Shown one piece after another: positions 1 through 8,197 of a stretch of DNA of 61,851 bases. Position 1 is the stretch's first letter; the number at the start of each line of letters is the position of its first letter. The stretch spans positions 1-61,851 of the forward strand of contig SVTA01000001.1 in assembly GCA_015064005.1 (NCBI GenBank), written 5' to 3'. Origin of the DNA: Oscillospiraceae bacterium. Its GTDB lineage: Bacteria > Bacillota > Clostridia > Oscillospirales > CAG-272. The translations under genes and the position numbers were made by a program. The notes beneath the pieces were generated by a model. That model did no database searches and was not told the origin of the DNA. It was given only the letters and a program-made list of their open reading frames with translations.

Positions 1-1
1 C

Positions 2-310
2 GTGCTTGACAAGCTGGGTGGCGTGGCGCTGATCACCGCCGACCACGGCAACGCCGACGAAATGTACGAGATCGACAAGAAAACGAAGGCCCCCAAAGCC
101 GACAAGAACGGCAACTTCAAGTCCAAGACCTCCCATACCCTCAACCCCGTCCCCTGCATCATTTACGACAACACCGCAGCAAAGGATGCCTACACCGTAA
201 AGGCTGACGAGGGTCAGTTTGGTCTGTCCAACGTGGCCGCCACCATGGTGAACCTGCTGGGCTATGAGGCACCCGCTATGTGGGACGCCTCCATCATTGA
301 GATCAAATAA
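2..310 (+). CDS. gpmI: 2,3-bisphosphoglycerate-independent phosphoglycerate mutase, C-terminal fragment (5' end outside window)
   Basis: The frame is open to the window edge. ITADHGNADEM...HTLNPVPCI...NVAATMVNLLG matches the conserved iPGM C-terminus. Confidence 0.85.
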   Translation: MLDKLGGVALITADHGNADEMYEIDKKTKAPKADKNGNFKSKTSHTLNPVPCIIYDNTAAKDAYTVKADEGQFGLSNVAATMVNLLGYEAPAMWDASIIEIK

Positions 311-358
311 AGCAAAATCAATAACGGCACTGCCGAAATGAGAAAGGATAAACCGATT

Positions 359-595
359 ATGAAGGGTATTCAAATCATCGGCGGTGCCGCTTTTGTTGAA
401 TGCGACGGCGTAACCGTCAGAATATTGAACGGCAAATGCGAGATATCGCCCATTCTGCTCCCTTCCTTGGAATGGGATCTGCGCACAGAGCCGCCTCACA
501 CGTGGGATTACCTGTGTGAAAGCGACATCCGCGCGATGGGCGACGCCGTTTATACTCAAATTCTCAACATCACGGAAAAGGTGAAAAAAATATGA
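359..595 (+). CDS. hypothetical small protein
   Basis: ATG 359 follows AAAGGA; an alternative ATG lies at 338. The stop overlaps the next gene's start (ATGA at 592-595). No family recognised. Confidence 0.45.
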   Translation: MKGIQIIGGAAFVECDGVTVRILNGKCEISPILLPSLEWDLRTEPPHTWDYLCESDIRAMGDAVYTQILNITEKVKKI

Positions 596-1656
596 TCGGT
601 TCCATCGTTCTGTTCCTTTTGGGCATCGGCTGCTTTGCCATCAGCGCCTATGTCAAGCCCCTTCTGTCCTTTGAGGGGAACACGGCAGATTACGTTCTGC
701 TGTGGGCTCCCATTGCGGTGGGCGTGATTCTGCTGCTGATCGGCATTGGCCGTCTGGAGGCCGAATACGGCTTCTTGAGCGCATTGTTTGACAAACGCGA
801 CACAAAGCAGGCAGGTGCGCAGAAGAAACCGCAAAAAAAGCCCAATGAAAAAAAGAAATACACCAAAAATCCCGCCTGGACCTTCAAGGCCAGCGGCGCC
901 TCCGACACCGTCGGCACCATGGCGCTCGTATTTGTGGGGGCCACCGTTGTCATCGCCATTGCCTGCTACGTCATGTTTATGCTAACAGCCATCGGGAAAT
1001 TCCACGGCCCCCTGCATTGGATTCCCATTGCCGCGGCAGCACTGTTTTACCTCGTTATATTCGCCATTTTCTATTCGCTCAATGAGGATAACCGCGTTTT
1101 CAAGCACGTGTATCCTCATGGAAAAACCCGAGAAGAGGTGCGCGTTGCGCTGGCAAAGGTGCTGAGGGAAACGGGCTACGCCTACTACCATCTGAAGGTC
1201 GTGCGCTGGAGTGCGCTGTGCTTCATTTTGCAGGCAGGTATCGCTGCTCTCATTACCCCCTCCGGCTTGAATTTCCTGGCAGCAACGCCCATGATCCTGA
1301 TCATATCGCTGATCCATCACAGGCCCGAAAGCGCCGGAGATATCACCAGCAGCTTCATTGCCAAAAGAATGGGGGATGACTGGAGCCAGCACCTGTGCAA
1401 AAAATGCGGTGCGATCCTTGGCAAATACCACGTCCCGGATTCCACCGCAGAAACCGGGAAATCGCAATCCATCGGCTCCGAAGCCTATCGCGTCACCGAC
1501 GAATATACCGACGGCTACAATACGCTGCGGGTGCATCGAACCGAGAAGGAATACTACGTAAAAACCAATACCAGCTACCACTCGACCTATTCCTGCCCTC
1601 GCTGCAAGAATCGCTGGTCCGAGGATAAATCCTATTCCGAAAAGAAATATCTGTAA
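592..1656 (+). CDS. multi-pass membrane protein with a lysine-rich loop and a C-terminal CxxC...CxxC zinc-ribbon-like tail
   Basis: An AAAGGTGA RBS precedes ATG 592. There are several hydrophobic helices, a KKPQKKPNEKKKYTK loop, and CKKCG...CPRCKNRW at the C-terminus. Confidence 0.65.
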   Translation: MIGSIVLFLLGIGCFAISAYVKPLLSFEGNTADYVLLWAPIAVGVILLLIGIGRLEAEYGFLSALFDKRDTKQAGAQKKPQKKPNEKKKYTKNPAWTFKASGASDTVGTMALVFVGATVVIAIACYVMFMLTAIGKFHGPLHWIPIAAAALFYLVIFAIFYSLNEDNRVFKHVYPHGKTREEVRVALAKVLRETGYAYYHLKVVRWSALCFILQAGIAALITPSGLNFLAATPMILIISLIHHRPESAGDITSSFIAKRMGDDWSQHLCKKCGAILGKYHVPDSTAETGKSQSIGSEAYRVTDEYTDGYNTLRVHRTEKEYYVKTNTSYHSTYSCPRCKNRWSEDKSYSEKKYL

Positions 1657-1662
1657 ACATAT

Positions 1663-1701
1663 AAAAAGAGAACGGGACAGAATCGTCCCGTTCTCTTTTT
1701 T
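1663..1701. terminator. bidirectional rho-independent terminator between convergent genes
   Basis: AAAAAGAGAACGGGAC-agaa-GTCCCGTTCTCTTTTTT: a perfect stem flanked by A-run and T-run. Confidence 0.85.
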
Positions 1702-1721
1702 GATCACGTTGCCCCCGGCCG

Positions 1722-2003
1722 TCATCCGTTGGACAAATACCGCCGGATCTCGGCAAGACGCTTTTCGATATCGGCAAGCTCGGCCAACAGTGCCCTTCGA
1801 TCCGGCAAATTGCTGTCACTGACGCCCAGAAGATAATCACAGCTGACGCCGAAAAAGCGAGCAAGACGTACCACGGTTTCGCTATCCGGGTTGGTTTTGC
1901 CGGTTTCATAATTGGAAAGCGAGCGCTGGTCGATGCCCACCCTTTCCGCCACGTCTATCTGACGCAGATCTCTATCCTCACGCAAATCCTTGATTCTGTT
2001 CAT
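1722..2003 (-). CDS. XRE-family helix-turn-helix transcriptional regulator
   Basis: IKDLREDRDLRQIDVAERVGIDQRSLSNYETGKTNP is a classic HTH_3 pattern; 93 aa. Confidence 0.85.
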   Translation of the reverse strand: MNRIKDLREDRDLRQIDVAERVGIDQRSLSNYETGKTNPDSETVVRLARFFGVSCDYLLGVSDSNLPDRRALLAELADIEKRLAEIRRYLSNG

Positions 2004-2056
2004 AGAAAAAACAATCCTTTTTTCTTATATCATACTATATTTTTTCTTCAATCCAC

Positions 2057-2085
2057 TTGACACACCAACAATTTGGTGGTATAAT
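2057..2085 (+). promoter_or_regulatory. sigma-A type promoter for the bPH_2 gene
   Basis: TTGACA (2057-2062), 17-nt spacer, TATAAT (2080-2085), with a TG extension. Confidence 0.6.
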
Positions 2086-2109
2086 GCTTATTGTACCAAT
2101 ATATTGGTA
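2063..2109. promoter_or_regulatory. two ACCAA-N4-TTGGT palindromes (putative XRE operators)
   Basis: CACCAAcaatTTGGTG (2063-2078) lies inside the promoter spacer. TACCAATATATTGGTA (2094-2109), a perfect 16-bp palindrome, lies just downstream of the -10. Confidence 0.55.
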
Positions 2110-2138
2110 TAATAATTGTTTGTGAGGAGTTCTTTTCT

Positions 2139-2546
2139 ATGAATCCAAATTACGTTGCCCGCAGAAGCGTTTGGGCGTGCATCGGCTTTTGGCGCATTCT
2201 GGCGTGCATCCTTGTGATCCCGTTGGTTGTGCTGATCGTCCGCATCATTGCCACCAAAAAGTTTGCCATTGAGTTTTACGACGATAAGATCATCGTGCGC
2301 GAGGGCTGGCTGAACACCAGAACCAAGCAAATGGTCTTTATGGGCGTGACCTCCGTTTCGGTCAATCAATCCCTGTGGGGCAAGCTGTTCAACTACGGCG
2401 ACGTGATGATCGATTGCGTTGGCAAATGGGATGTCAGGCTCACCACCTACATCAAAAATCCCAAGGGGCTGGAGAGCTATCTCCAGCAGCGCATCGTACC
2501 CGTGAGCCCGCAGGCGCAGATGGCATCCCGATTCGTGGAAATGTAA
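2139..2546 (+). CDS. membrane protein with bacterial PH (bPH_2 / YdbT-like) domain
   Basis: A GAGGAG RBS precedes ATG 2139. Two N-terminal TM helices are followed by FAIEFYDDKIIVREGWLNTRTKQMVF...VSVNQSLWGKLFNYGDV, typical of bPH_2. Confidence 0.7.
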   Translation: MNPNYVARRSVWACIGFWRILACILVIPLVVLIVRIIATKKFAIEFYDDKIIVREGWLNTRTKQMVFMGVTSVSVNQSLWGKLFNYGDVMIDCVGKWDVRLTTYIKNPKGLESYLQQRIVPVSPQAQMASRFVEM

Positions 2547-2724
2547 AGCAGGGCGTTGAAATTGAAGCTTATGAGGGGGGGAGGCCTTTGTAAAAGGCCT
2601 CCCCCCCCTCTCGCCCAAAAATCTTAAAAAAGAGTGCGTATTCATTGTGAATAGCCGCCTGTGTTCCCGTCTCCCCCTTTTGAAAGGTTTTGGGAGTAGA
2701 GGACGTGAATTTCTTTGCCCGTAA

Positions 2725-2778
2725 AGAGAAGAAGGAGCCCTCTTTTGCAAAAGGGGGCTCCTTCTTCTCTTGTTTTTC
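2725..2778. terminator. hairpin terminator between the bPH_2 gene and the convergent ABC operon
   Basis: AGAGAAGAAGGAGCCC-tcttttgcaaaag-GGGCTCCTTCTTCTCT followed by TGTTTTT. Confidence 0.6.
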
Positions 2779-2789
2779 TCCTCAACCGA

Positions 2790-3692
2790 TCATTTCTGAG
2801 CGCGCTTGGCGCCGCGCACATTGAGAAGCACGTAAAGAGCGATCAGCAGCAGCGTTGCGCCGATCAATACCGCGTACTTTACACCGGTGGGAACAGCCGC
2901 ATCAAAGAAATAAATATTGCAATCCACCGCATCCCGGATCACATCCACCACGGGGGCGGGAATGCCCTCCTCCGAGAGCGCCTCAAACACGCCGCGCATG
3001 GCGTGAGCACGGAGCAGCGAGGTGCCGTAGGTGCCGGGCAGCAACGCAATGGCGTTCTGCAGCCACGGGGAAAACTGAGAAATGGGCATATACGCGCCGC
3101 TGATGAAGCCATAACCGGAGCTGACGATGGTACCCACCGCCGAGATCTGACCCTGCGAATGAAGAAAGTAATTGATCACGGAGGAAAGCGCGGTGCCGAA
3201 GGTGAGCAGCAGCAACACGTCAAGGCACAGAAGCAGCACGTCCACAACGGACAGATACCAGCCCACCACCGCCATATATACCAGACAAATGGCAGCCGCC
3301 GCAAAGCTGACGATGGCAGTTACGAGCAGCGTGGAGAAATAATAGCCGAAGGCCAGATACCGCGCCCGCACCGGGGAAACGGCAAAATCCGCAATGGTGC
3401 CGTTTGCTTTGTCCTGCACCATCAGCATATTGGAGCAAAAGGCCACCGTCACCGTGGAAACGGCCAGAATGGAGGAAATGAGCTGGGCGCCCACGTAGCC
3501 GTTCACCAGTTTTTCGGGTACGGCCACTCCCTCGGCAAAGGAGGAGAGGAACGCATCCCGATAGACGTTGCCGAGAAAGGTCACGTACAGCACAAGCAAT
3601 ATAGCCGGGGTGATCAGCGAAACGAAAAACAGTCCCTTATCCTTGAAAAACAGCTTGGTATTGCGCACGATCAGCGCTTTCAATTCCTTCAT
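2790..3692 (-). CDS. ABC-2 type transporter permease
   Basis: 300 aa with six predicted TM segments. ATGA overlap with the upstream ATPase gene. Confidence 0.85.
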   Translation of the reverse strand: MKELKALIVRNTKLFFKDKGLFFVSLITPAILLVLYVTFLGNVYRDAFLSSFAEGVAVPEKLVNGYVGAQLISSILAVSTVTVAFCSNMLMVQDKANGTIADFAVSPVRARYLAFGYYFSTLLVTAIVSFAAAAICLVYMAVVGWYLSVVDVLLLCLDVLLLLTFGTALSSVINYFLHSQGQISAVGTIVSSGYGFISGAYMPISQFSPWLQNAIALLPGTYGTSLLRAHAMRGVFEALSEEGIPAPVVDVIRDAVDCNIYFFDAAVPTGVKYAVLIGATLLLIALYVLLNVRGAKRAQK

Positions 3693-4600
3693 ACGGTATC
3701 ACCTCCCAGCTTTTTGCCGGTCACGGCCAAAAAGACGTCGTCCATTTTACCCTTTGTTACCTCAAAATCCACAAACAGTGCGGGGTGAGCGTTCATCAGC
3801 TCCCGTACCCCGGCAGTGCTCTTCACCGACACGCGGAAGGCGCCGGGCAGTGCCACGTAAGGCAGCCCCAGCGCTGCCACTGCCGCCTCCTCCACGCCGT
3901 AGAGTGTGAGATGATCTCCGGCGTAGGCATTTTTGAGCGCAAGCGGCGTACCCTCTGCCGCAATACGGCCGCCATCCAGAATCACTACGTAATCGGCATC
4001 CGCTGCCTCCTCCATATAGTGGGTGGTCAGCAGAACCGTCATACCGCGATTTTGGCGCTCCTCCTCCACCACCCGAAAGAGCAAGCGGCGGGTTTGCGGA
4101 TCCAGCCCTGTGGTGGGCTCGTCCAGAATGAGAATGCGGGGTTGGTGCAGCAGAGCGCGGGCGATATCGATGCGGCGCCGCTGACCGCCGGAAAGCTTGC
4201 CTACCGGACGCTTCAGCAGATCAGCAAAATCCAACCGTGCGGCAAGCTCTGCCAGCCGCTGTTCAAATTCCGCACCGAAAATGCCGTAAAGCGCCGCTCG
4301 GCTGCAGAGATTCTCTCGCACCGAAAGGCTCTTGTCCAGCACTGAGCTCTGAAAGACCACGCCGAGATGGCGCTTGATGCCCTCCATTTCCGTCTCCACG
4401 TTTTTCCCGTCCACAAAAACCTCGCCCGCGTCCTTCCGAAGGCGCCCGGAAAGGATGTGAATGGTGGTGGATTTTCCGGCGCCGTTGACGCCGAGAAAAG
4501 CGAACAGCTGCCCCTCGCCTACCGAAAAGGTAAGGTCACAGACCGCCTTTACGCTGCCGTAGCTTTTATGAAGCCCACGGATCTCAATGCTGTTTTTCAT
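3689..4600 (-). CDS. ABC transporter ATP-binding protein
   Basis: Start reassigned to ATG 4600 (RBS GGAGAAAGGAG). Walker A GVNGAGKST, signature LSGGQRRR, Walker B ILILDEPT. Confidence 0.9.
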   Translation of the reverse strand: MKNSIEIRGLHKSYGSVKAVCDLTFSVGEGQLFAFLGVNGAGKSTTIHILSGRLRKDAGEVFVDGKNVETEMEGIKRHLGVVFQSSVLDKSLSVRENLCSRAALYGIFGAEFEQRLAELAARLDFADLLKRPVGKLSGGQRRRIDIARALLHQPRILILDEPTTGLDPQTRRLLFRVVEEERQNRGMTVLLTTHYMEEAADADYVVILDGGRIAAEGTPLALKNAYAGDHLTLYGVEEAAVAALGLPYVALPGAFRVSVKSTAGVRELMNAHPALFVDFEVTKGKMDDVFLAVTGKKLGGDTV

Positions 4601-5171
4601 CGCTTGCTCCTTTCTCCTGATAACGTGCCCGCAGGCCAAAATAAACGTCGCTGAGGTGGGCGCTGATCGCCTCCTCGTCATACGCAAGGAAGCCGCCGGC
4701 CACCGAGGCGGCCACACCGTGCACCCACATCCACATCGCGAAATGGAAACGCTCCGCCGCCTCGCGCGTGAGCCCTGCCGCCTGCATCAGCGCGCTAAGC
4801 ACACCGTCGTCAGCGGAAGGAAAGCCGCTCCGCTGCTCCGATGCCGTACGGTTGCGCATAAAAAGCCATTGAAAGAGCCGCGGCTCTCGCACGGCAAAGG
4901 CGATATAGAGCATGCCGCTGGCCTTGTAGGCCGGATATTTGCCCTCGGCCATGGCGCGCTCCAGTTCCTGATAATAAAATTGGTAGCCTTGGTGCAGCAC
5001 CGCCTCCCGCAGCGCCTCCATGGAGGTATAGTGGCAAAAGATGGGCTGAGTGGAGCACTCAAGCCTCGCGGCAAGGGCGCGGGCATTCAGTGCCCCCTCT
5101 CCCTCTTCCCGAACCAGCGCAAGGGCTGCGGCGAGGATATCCTCTTTCGTAATTTTCACTTTGGGTGGCAT
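4584..5171 (-). CDS. TetR/AcrR family transcriptional regulator
   Basis: ATG 5171 follows GGAGG. N-terminal TKEDILAAALALVREEGEGALNARALAARLECSTQPIF is a TetR HTH. It is the first gene of the TetR-ATPase-permease operon. Confidence 0.85.
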   Translation of the reverse strand: MPPKVKITKEDILAAALALVREEGEGALNARALAARLECSTQPIFCHYTSMEALREAVLHQGYQFYYQELERAMAEGKYPAYKASGMLYIAFAVREPRLFQWLFMRNRTASEQRSGFPSADDGVLSALMQAAGLTREAAERFHFAMWMWVHGVAASVAGGFLAYDEEAISAHLSDVYFGLRARYQEKGASDEKQH

Positions 5172-5211
5172 TGCGACCTCCAAAAATAACGTTTGTTCTA
5201 TAACGGTTGTT

Positions 5212-5240
5212 ATTTTATCACATCACCGCAGATTTGTCAA
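5212..5240 (-). promoter_or_regulatory. promoter of the TetR-ABC operon, with direct-repeat operator candidate downstream
   Basis: On the minus strand: TTGACA-N17-TAAAAT. The transcribed leader contains ATAACAACCGTTAT / AACAAACGTTAT repeats (5180-5211). Confidence 0.5.
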
Positions 5241-5357
5241 GTAGCTTTCATAAAATATATTATTCCAAATTTCACTTATGAATTTTCCAATTTTTAAATT
5301 TGATTTTTCTACAACAAGCAACCAAAATCGGGGGTTTTTTCTAACTTTCTCCAAAAA

Positions 5358-5394
5358 GCAAAAGAGCCCCCCCTTTCACAGAGGGGCTCTTTTA
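5358..5394 (-). terminator. thrS terminator
   Basis: On the minus strand: AAAGAGCCCCTC-tgtgaaa-GGGGGGGCTCTTT followed by TGCTTTTT. Confidence 0.75.
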
Positions 5395-5402
5395 TGGGAA
5401 TG

Positions 5403-7337
5403 TTATCTTCTCTTTTCCTTGATCTCGTCCAGAATCATCGCGGCAAAGGCGTCTACGGCCATCACGCCCTGATCGCCCTCGCGGCGGGAGCGCACGGCAA
5501 CGGTCTTGTCGTTCATCTCGTTCTCACCGATGACCAACATATAGGGTAGCTTCTCCAGCTGGGCGTTACGGATCTTTTTGCCGATGGTTTCGTTGCGATC
5601 ATCCACCTCAACGCGCACGCCCTTTTGCATCAGCGCCTTTTTGACCTCATAGGCGTAGTCGATATGCTCGTCGCCGATGGGCAGGATGCGCACCTGCTCC
5701 GGTGCCATCCACGTAGGCAGCGCACCGGCAAAGCGCTCGATCAGGTAGGCCAGCGTGCGCTCGTAGCAGCCAAGGCTGGTACGGTGAATGATGTAGGGAC
5801 GCTTCATCTGTCCGTCGCTGTCCACGTACTCCATGCCAAACTTCTCCGCCAACAGCATATCGATCTGAATGGTAACGATGGTATCCTCCTTGCCGAACAC
5901 GTTCTTGTACTGAATGTCCAGCTTCGGGCCGTAGAAGGCAGCCTCGTCGATGCCGACGGTGTACTCCACGCCCAGATGGTCAAGGATGTTACCCATCACG
6001 CGCTGGGCCTCCTCCCACTGCTCGGGCGTGCCCTCATACTTGATACCGGCGCGGGCGGGATCCCACTGGGAGAAGCGGAAGGTGCAGTTCTCCAGCATAC
6101 CGACGGTATCCAGACAATACTTGGCCAGCTCCAGGCAGCCGCGGAACTCCTCCTCCAGCTGCTCGGGACGCAGCACCAGGTGACCCTCGGAAATGGTGAA
6201 CTGACGCACGCGGATGAGACCGTGCATCTCGCCGGATTCCTCGTTGCGGAAGAGCGTGGAGGTTTCGCCGAGGCGCATGGGCAGCTCACGGTAGGAGCGC
6301 TTCTTGTTGAGGAATACCTGATACTGGAAGGGGCAGGTCATGGGGCGCAGGGCAAAGCATTCCTTGGTATAGTCATCGGGATCGCCCAGAACGAACATAC
6401 CGTCCAGATAATGATCCCAGTGGCCGGAGATTTTGTAAAGCTCACGCTTGGCCATCAGAGGGGTCTTGGTCAGAAGGTATCCACGCTTCTGCTCCTCATC
6501 CTCGATCCAACGCTGCAGCGTCTGGATCACGCGCGCGCCCTTGGGCAGCAGGATGGGCAGGCCCTGACCGATCTCCTCCACAGTGGTGAAATATTCCAGC
6601 TCGCGGCCGATCTTGTTATGATCGCGTCTTCTTGCCTCCTCCAGCGCCTCCAGATGTGCCTTCAGCTCATCCTTGGAGGGGAACGCCACGCCGTATACAC
6701 GCTGCAGCATCTTGTTATTCTGGTCGCCCTTCCAGTAAGCGCCGGTGCACTGCGTCAGCTTGAAGGCCTTGATCGCGCCGGTGGAGAAGAGGTGCGGGCC
6801 GGCACAGAGGTCGGTGAACTCACCCTGCTTGTAGAAGCTGATGACGGCATCCTCAGGCAGCTCGTTGATCAGCTGCACCTTGTAGGGCTCGCCCTTCTCC
6901 TCCATCAGCGCCACGGCCTCGGCGCGAGGCAGCACAAAGCGCTCGATGAGGTGATTTTCCTTGACGATCTTCTTCATCTCGCTCTCAATGGCGGCAAGCT
7001 CGGCGGCACCAAAGGGAGTGTCGCTATCAAAATCGTAGTAAAAGCCGCTTTCAATGGCAGGGCCAATGGTCAGCTTGGTGGCGGGGTACAGACGCTTCAC
7101 CGCCTGCGCGAGGACGTGGGCGGCGGTGTGATTGAACACGTGGCGGCCGGCAGCGTCCGCAAAGGTAAGGAGCTTAACGTCGGCATCCTCGGTCAGCTGA
7201 TGGGTCATAGCCACGGTGGTGCCACCGATCTCCGCCGCGATATGGGCGCGGGTCACCAGCTCAGCGGCCTTGGCCGCGTCGAACACGGAAAGCGGAGCCT
7301 CCAGCTCCACAGTCTTTTCACCAAAATTGATCTTCAT
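5403..7337 (-). CDS. thrS: threonine--tRNA ligase
   Basis: Start reassigned to ATG 7337 (RBS GGAGGA). Full-length class II ThrS with TGS/editing/catalytic/anticodon-domain organisation; the N-terminus MKINFGEKTVELEAP is typical. Confidence 0.95.
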   Translation of the reverse strand: MKINFGEKTVELEAPLSVFDAAKAAELVTRAHIAAEIGGTTVAMTHQLTEDADVKLLTFADAAGRHVFNHTAAHVLAQAVKRLYPATKLTIGPAIESGFYYDFDSDTPFGAAELAAIESEMKKIVKENHLIERFVLPRAEAVALMEEKGEPYKVQLINELPEDAVISFYKQGEFTDLCAGPHLFSTGAIKAFKLTQCTGAYWKGDQNNKMLQRVYGVAFPSKDELKAHLEALEEARRRDHNKIGRELEYFTTVEEIGQGLPILLPKGARVIQTLQRWIEDEEQKRGYLLTKTPLMAKRELYKISGHWDHYLDGMFVLGDPDDYTKECFALRPMTCPFQYQVFLNKKRSYRELPMRLGETSTLFRNEESGEMHGLIRVRQFTISEGHLVLRPEQLEEEFRGCLELAKYCLDTVGMLENCTFRFSQWDPARAGIKYEGTPEQWEEAQRVMGNILDHLGVEYTVGIDEAAFYGPKLDIQYKNVFGKEDTIVTIQIDMLLAEKFGMEYVDSDGQMKRPYIIHRTSLGCYERTLAYLIERFAGALPTWMAPEQVRILPIGDEHIDYAYEVKKALMQKGVRVEVDDRNETIGKKIRNAQLEKLPYMLVIGENEMNDKTVAVRSRREGDQGVMAVDAFAAMILDEIKEKRR

Positions 7338-7344
7338 ATTTCTA

Positions 7345-7570
7345 TCCTCCAAAATGGTTTGATTTTTATATAAAAGCACCCCGCGCGGCCGCAAAAGGGC
7401 CGCACGGGGTGCAGCAGTGCTGCACGGTTCCACCCGCGCTTTTCACTTTTTTACATTTATATATACAGGGCAGTTGGGCGGTACCGTCGCCGGCGCCGTG
7501 AAGGATCTTTCAGCCGGGGATCCTCTCTCTTTGCACGTCGGTAGGGCGGGGCGTGTTCCAACCACAGGGC
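7345..7570 (-). promoter_or_regulatory. T-box riboswitch leader (threonine) upstream of thrS
   Basis: The minus strand carries an AGAGAGAGG stem-I element and the T-box sequence GCGGGTGGAACCGTG. A GCACCCCGTGCGGCC...GGCCGCGCGGGGTGC terminator followed by TTTTATAT overlaps the T-box. An ACC triplet sits in the candidate specifier region. Confidence 0.8.
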
Positions 7571-7572
7571 CA

Positions 7573-8001
7573 TCAGGCCTTTTTCTTGCGGTTATACTCG
7601 CTTGTAGGATTGATAAAATTGCGCCAATCGAGATCGCCGCGCTCAAGGGCGGTGATCAGTACCTCGGCTGTTGCGATATTGGTAGCAACAGGAATATTGG
7701 CGCGGTCACAAGCCAGCAGCAGCTCGGCGCACACGCCCTCGTAGCCGGAGGTATCGCGCGTGTCGCGGAAGTAAAGCAATACGTCGATCTCGTTATAAGC
7801 GACGCGGGTCGCGATCTGTTCCTCGCCCCCCTGCTCTCCGGTCAGCAGCCGCTCGATCTTAAGACCGGTAGCGTCCGAAATATACTTGGCAGTGATGCTG
7901 GTAGCACAGAGGCTGTGCTTGCTGAGAATACCGCAGTAAGCGATACAAAACTGCGCCATCAATTCCTTTTTCATATCAGACGCGATGATAGCAATTTCCA
8001 A
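7573..8001 (-). CDS. mgsA: methylglyoxal synthase
   Basis: The N-terminal EIAIIASDMKKELM and ...YFRD...CDRANIPVATNIATAE... match MgsA. A TTG start at 8001 follows GGAAGGTG; in-frame upstream ATGs at 8049 and 8067 cannot be excluded. Confidence 0.8.
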   Translation of the reverse strand: MEIAIIASDMKKELMAQFCIAYCGILSKHSLCATSITAKYISDATGLKIERLLTGEQGGEEQIATRVAYNEIDVLLYFRDTRDTSGYEGVCAELLLACDRANIPVATNIATAEVLITALERGDLDWRNFINPTSEYNRKKKA

Positions 8002-8085
8002 TTTTCCAAGCACCTTCCTTTCGATTCTCTTTAAACAGTCTATTGTCATGTGCCAAGTAGGCAACATACTGCTTCTCTATCGTAT

Positions 8086-8115
8086 AGTATACCACAAAAC
8101 CTATGGAAATGTCAA
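8086..8115 (-). promoter_or_regulatory. mgsA promoter
   Basis: On the minus strand: TTGACA-N18-TATACT, with a TG extension. Confidence 0.5.
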
Positions 8116-8155
8116 TAGCAATTCAAAAAAATGTGTATTTTTTGTAGCTTTTGAC

Positions 8156-8186
8156 AAAAAGAGACCGCCACAAGGGCGGTCTCTTT
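8156..8186 (-). terminator. terminator of the cmk-plsC-ispH/S1 operon
   Basis: On the minus strand: AAAGAGACCGCC-cttgt-GGCGGTCTCTTTTTG. Confidence 0.8.
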
Positions 8187-8197
8187 ACAATTTGGCA

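Noticed and set aside
2575-2608. G8/C8-clamped hairpin after the bPH_2 gene as an intrinsic terminator
   Set aside because: The stem is strong (GGGGGGGAGGCC...GGCCTCCCCCCCC), but there is no U tract on either strand. The hairpin at 2725-2778 is the better terminator candidate, so this one is left unannotated.
7573-7640. Dedicated thrS promoter inside the 3' end of mgsA
   Set aside because: Only poor matches were found (TTATCA-N14-TATAAC). The T-box leader starts immediately after the mgsA stop, so read-through from mgsA is equally plausible and no promoter was called.
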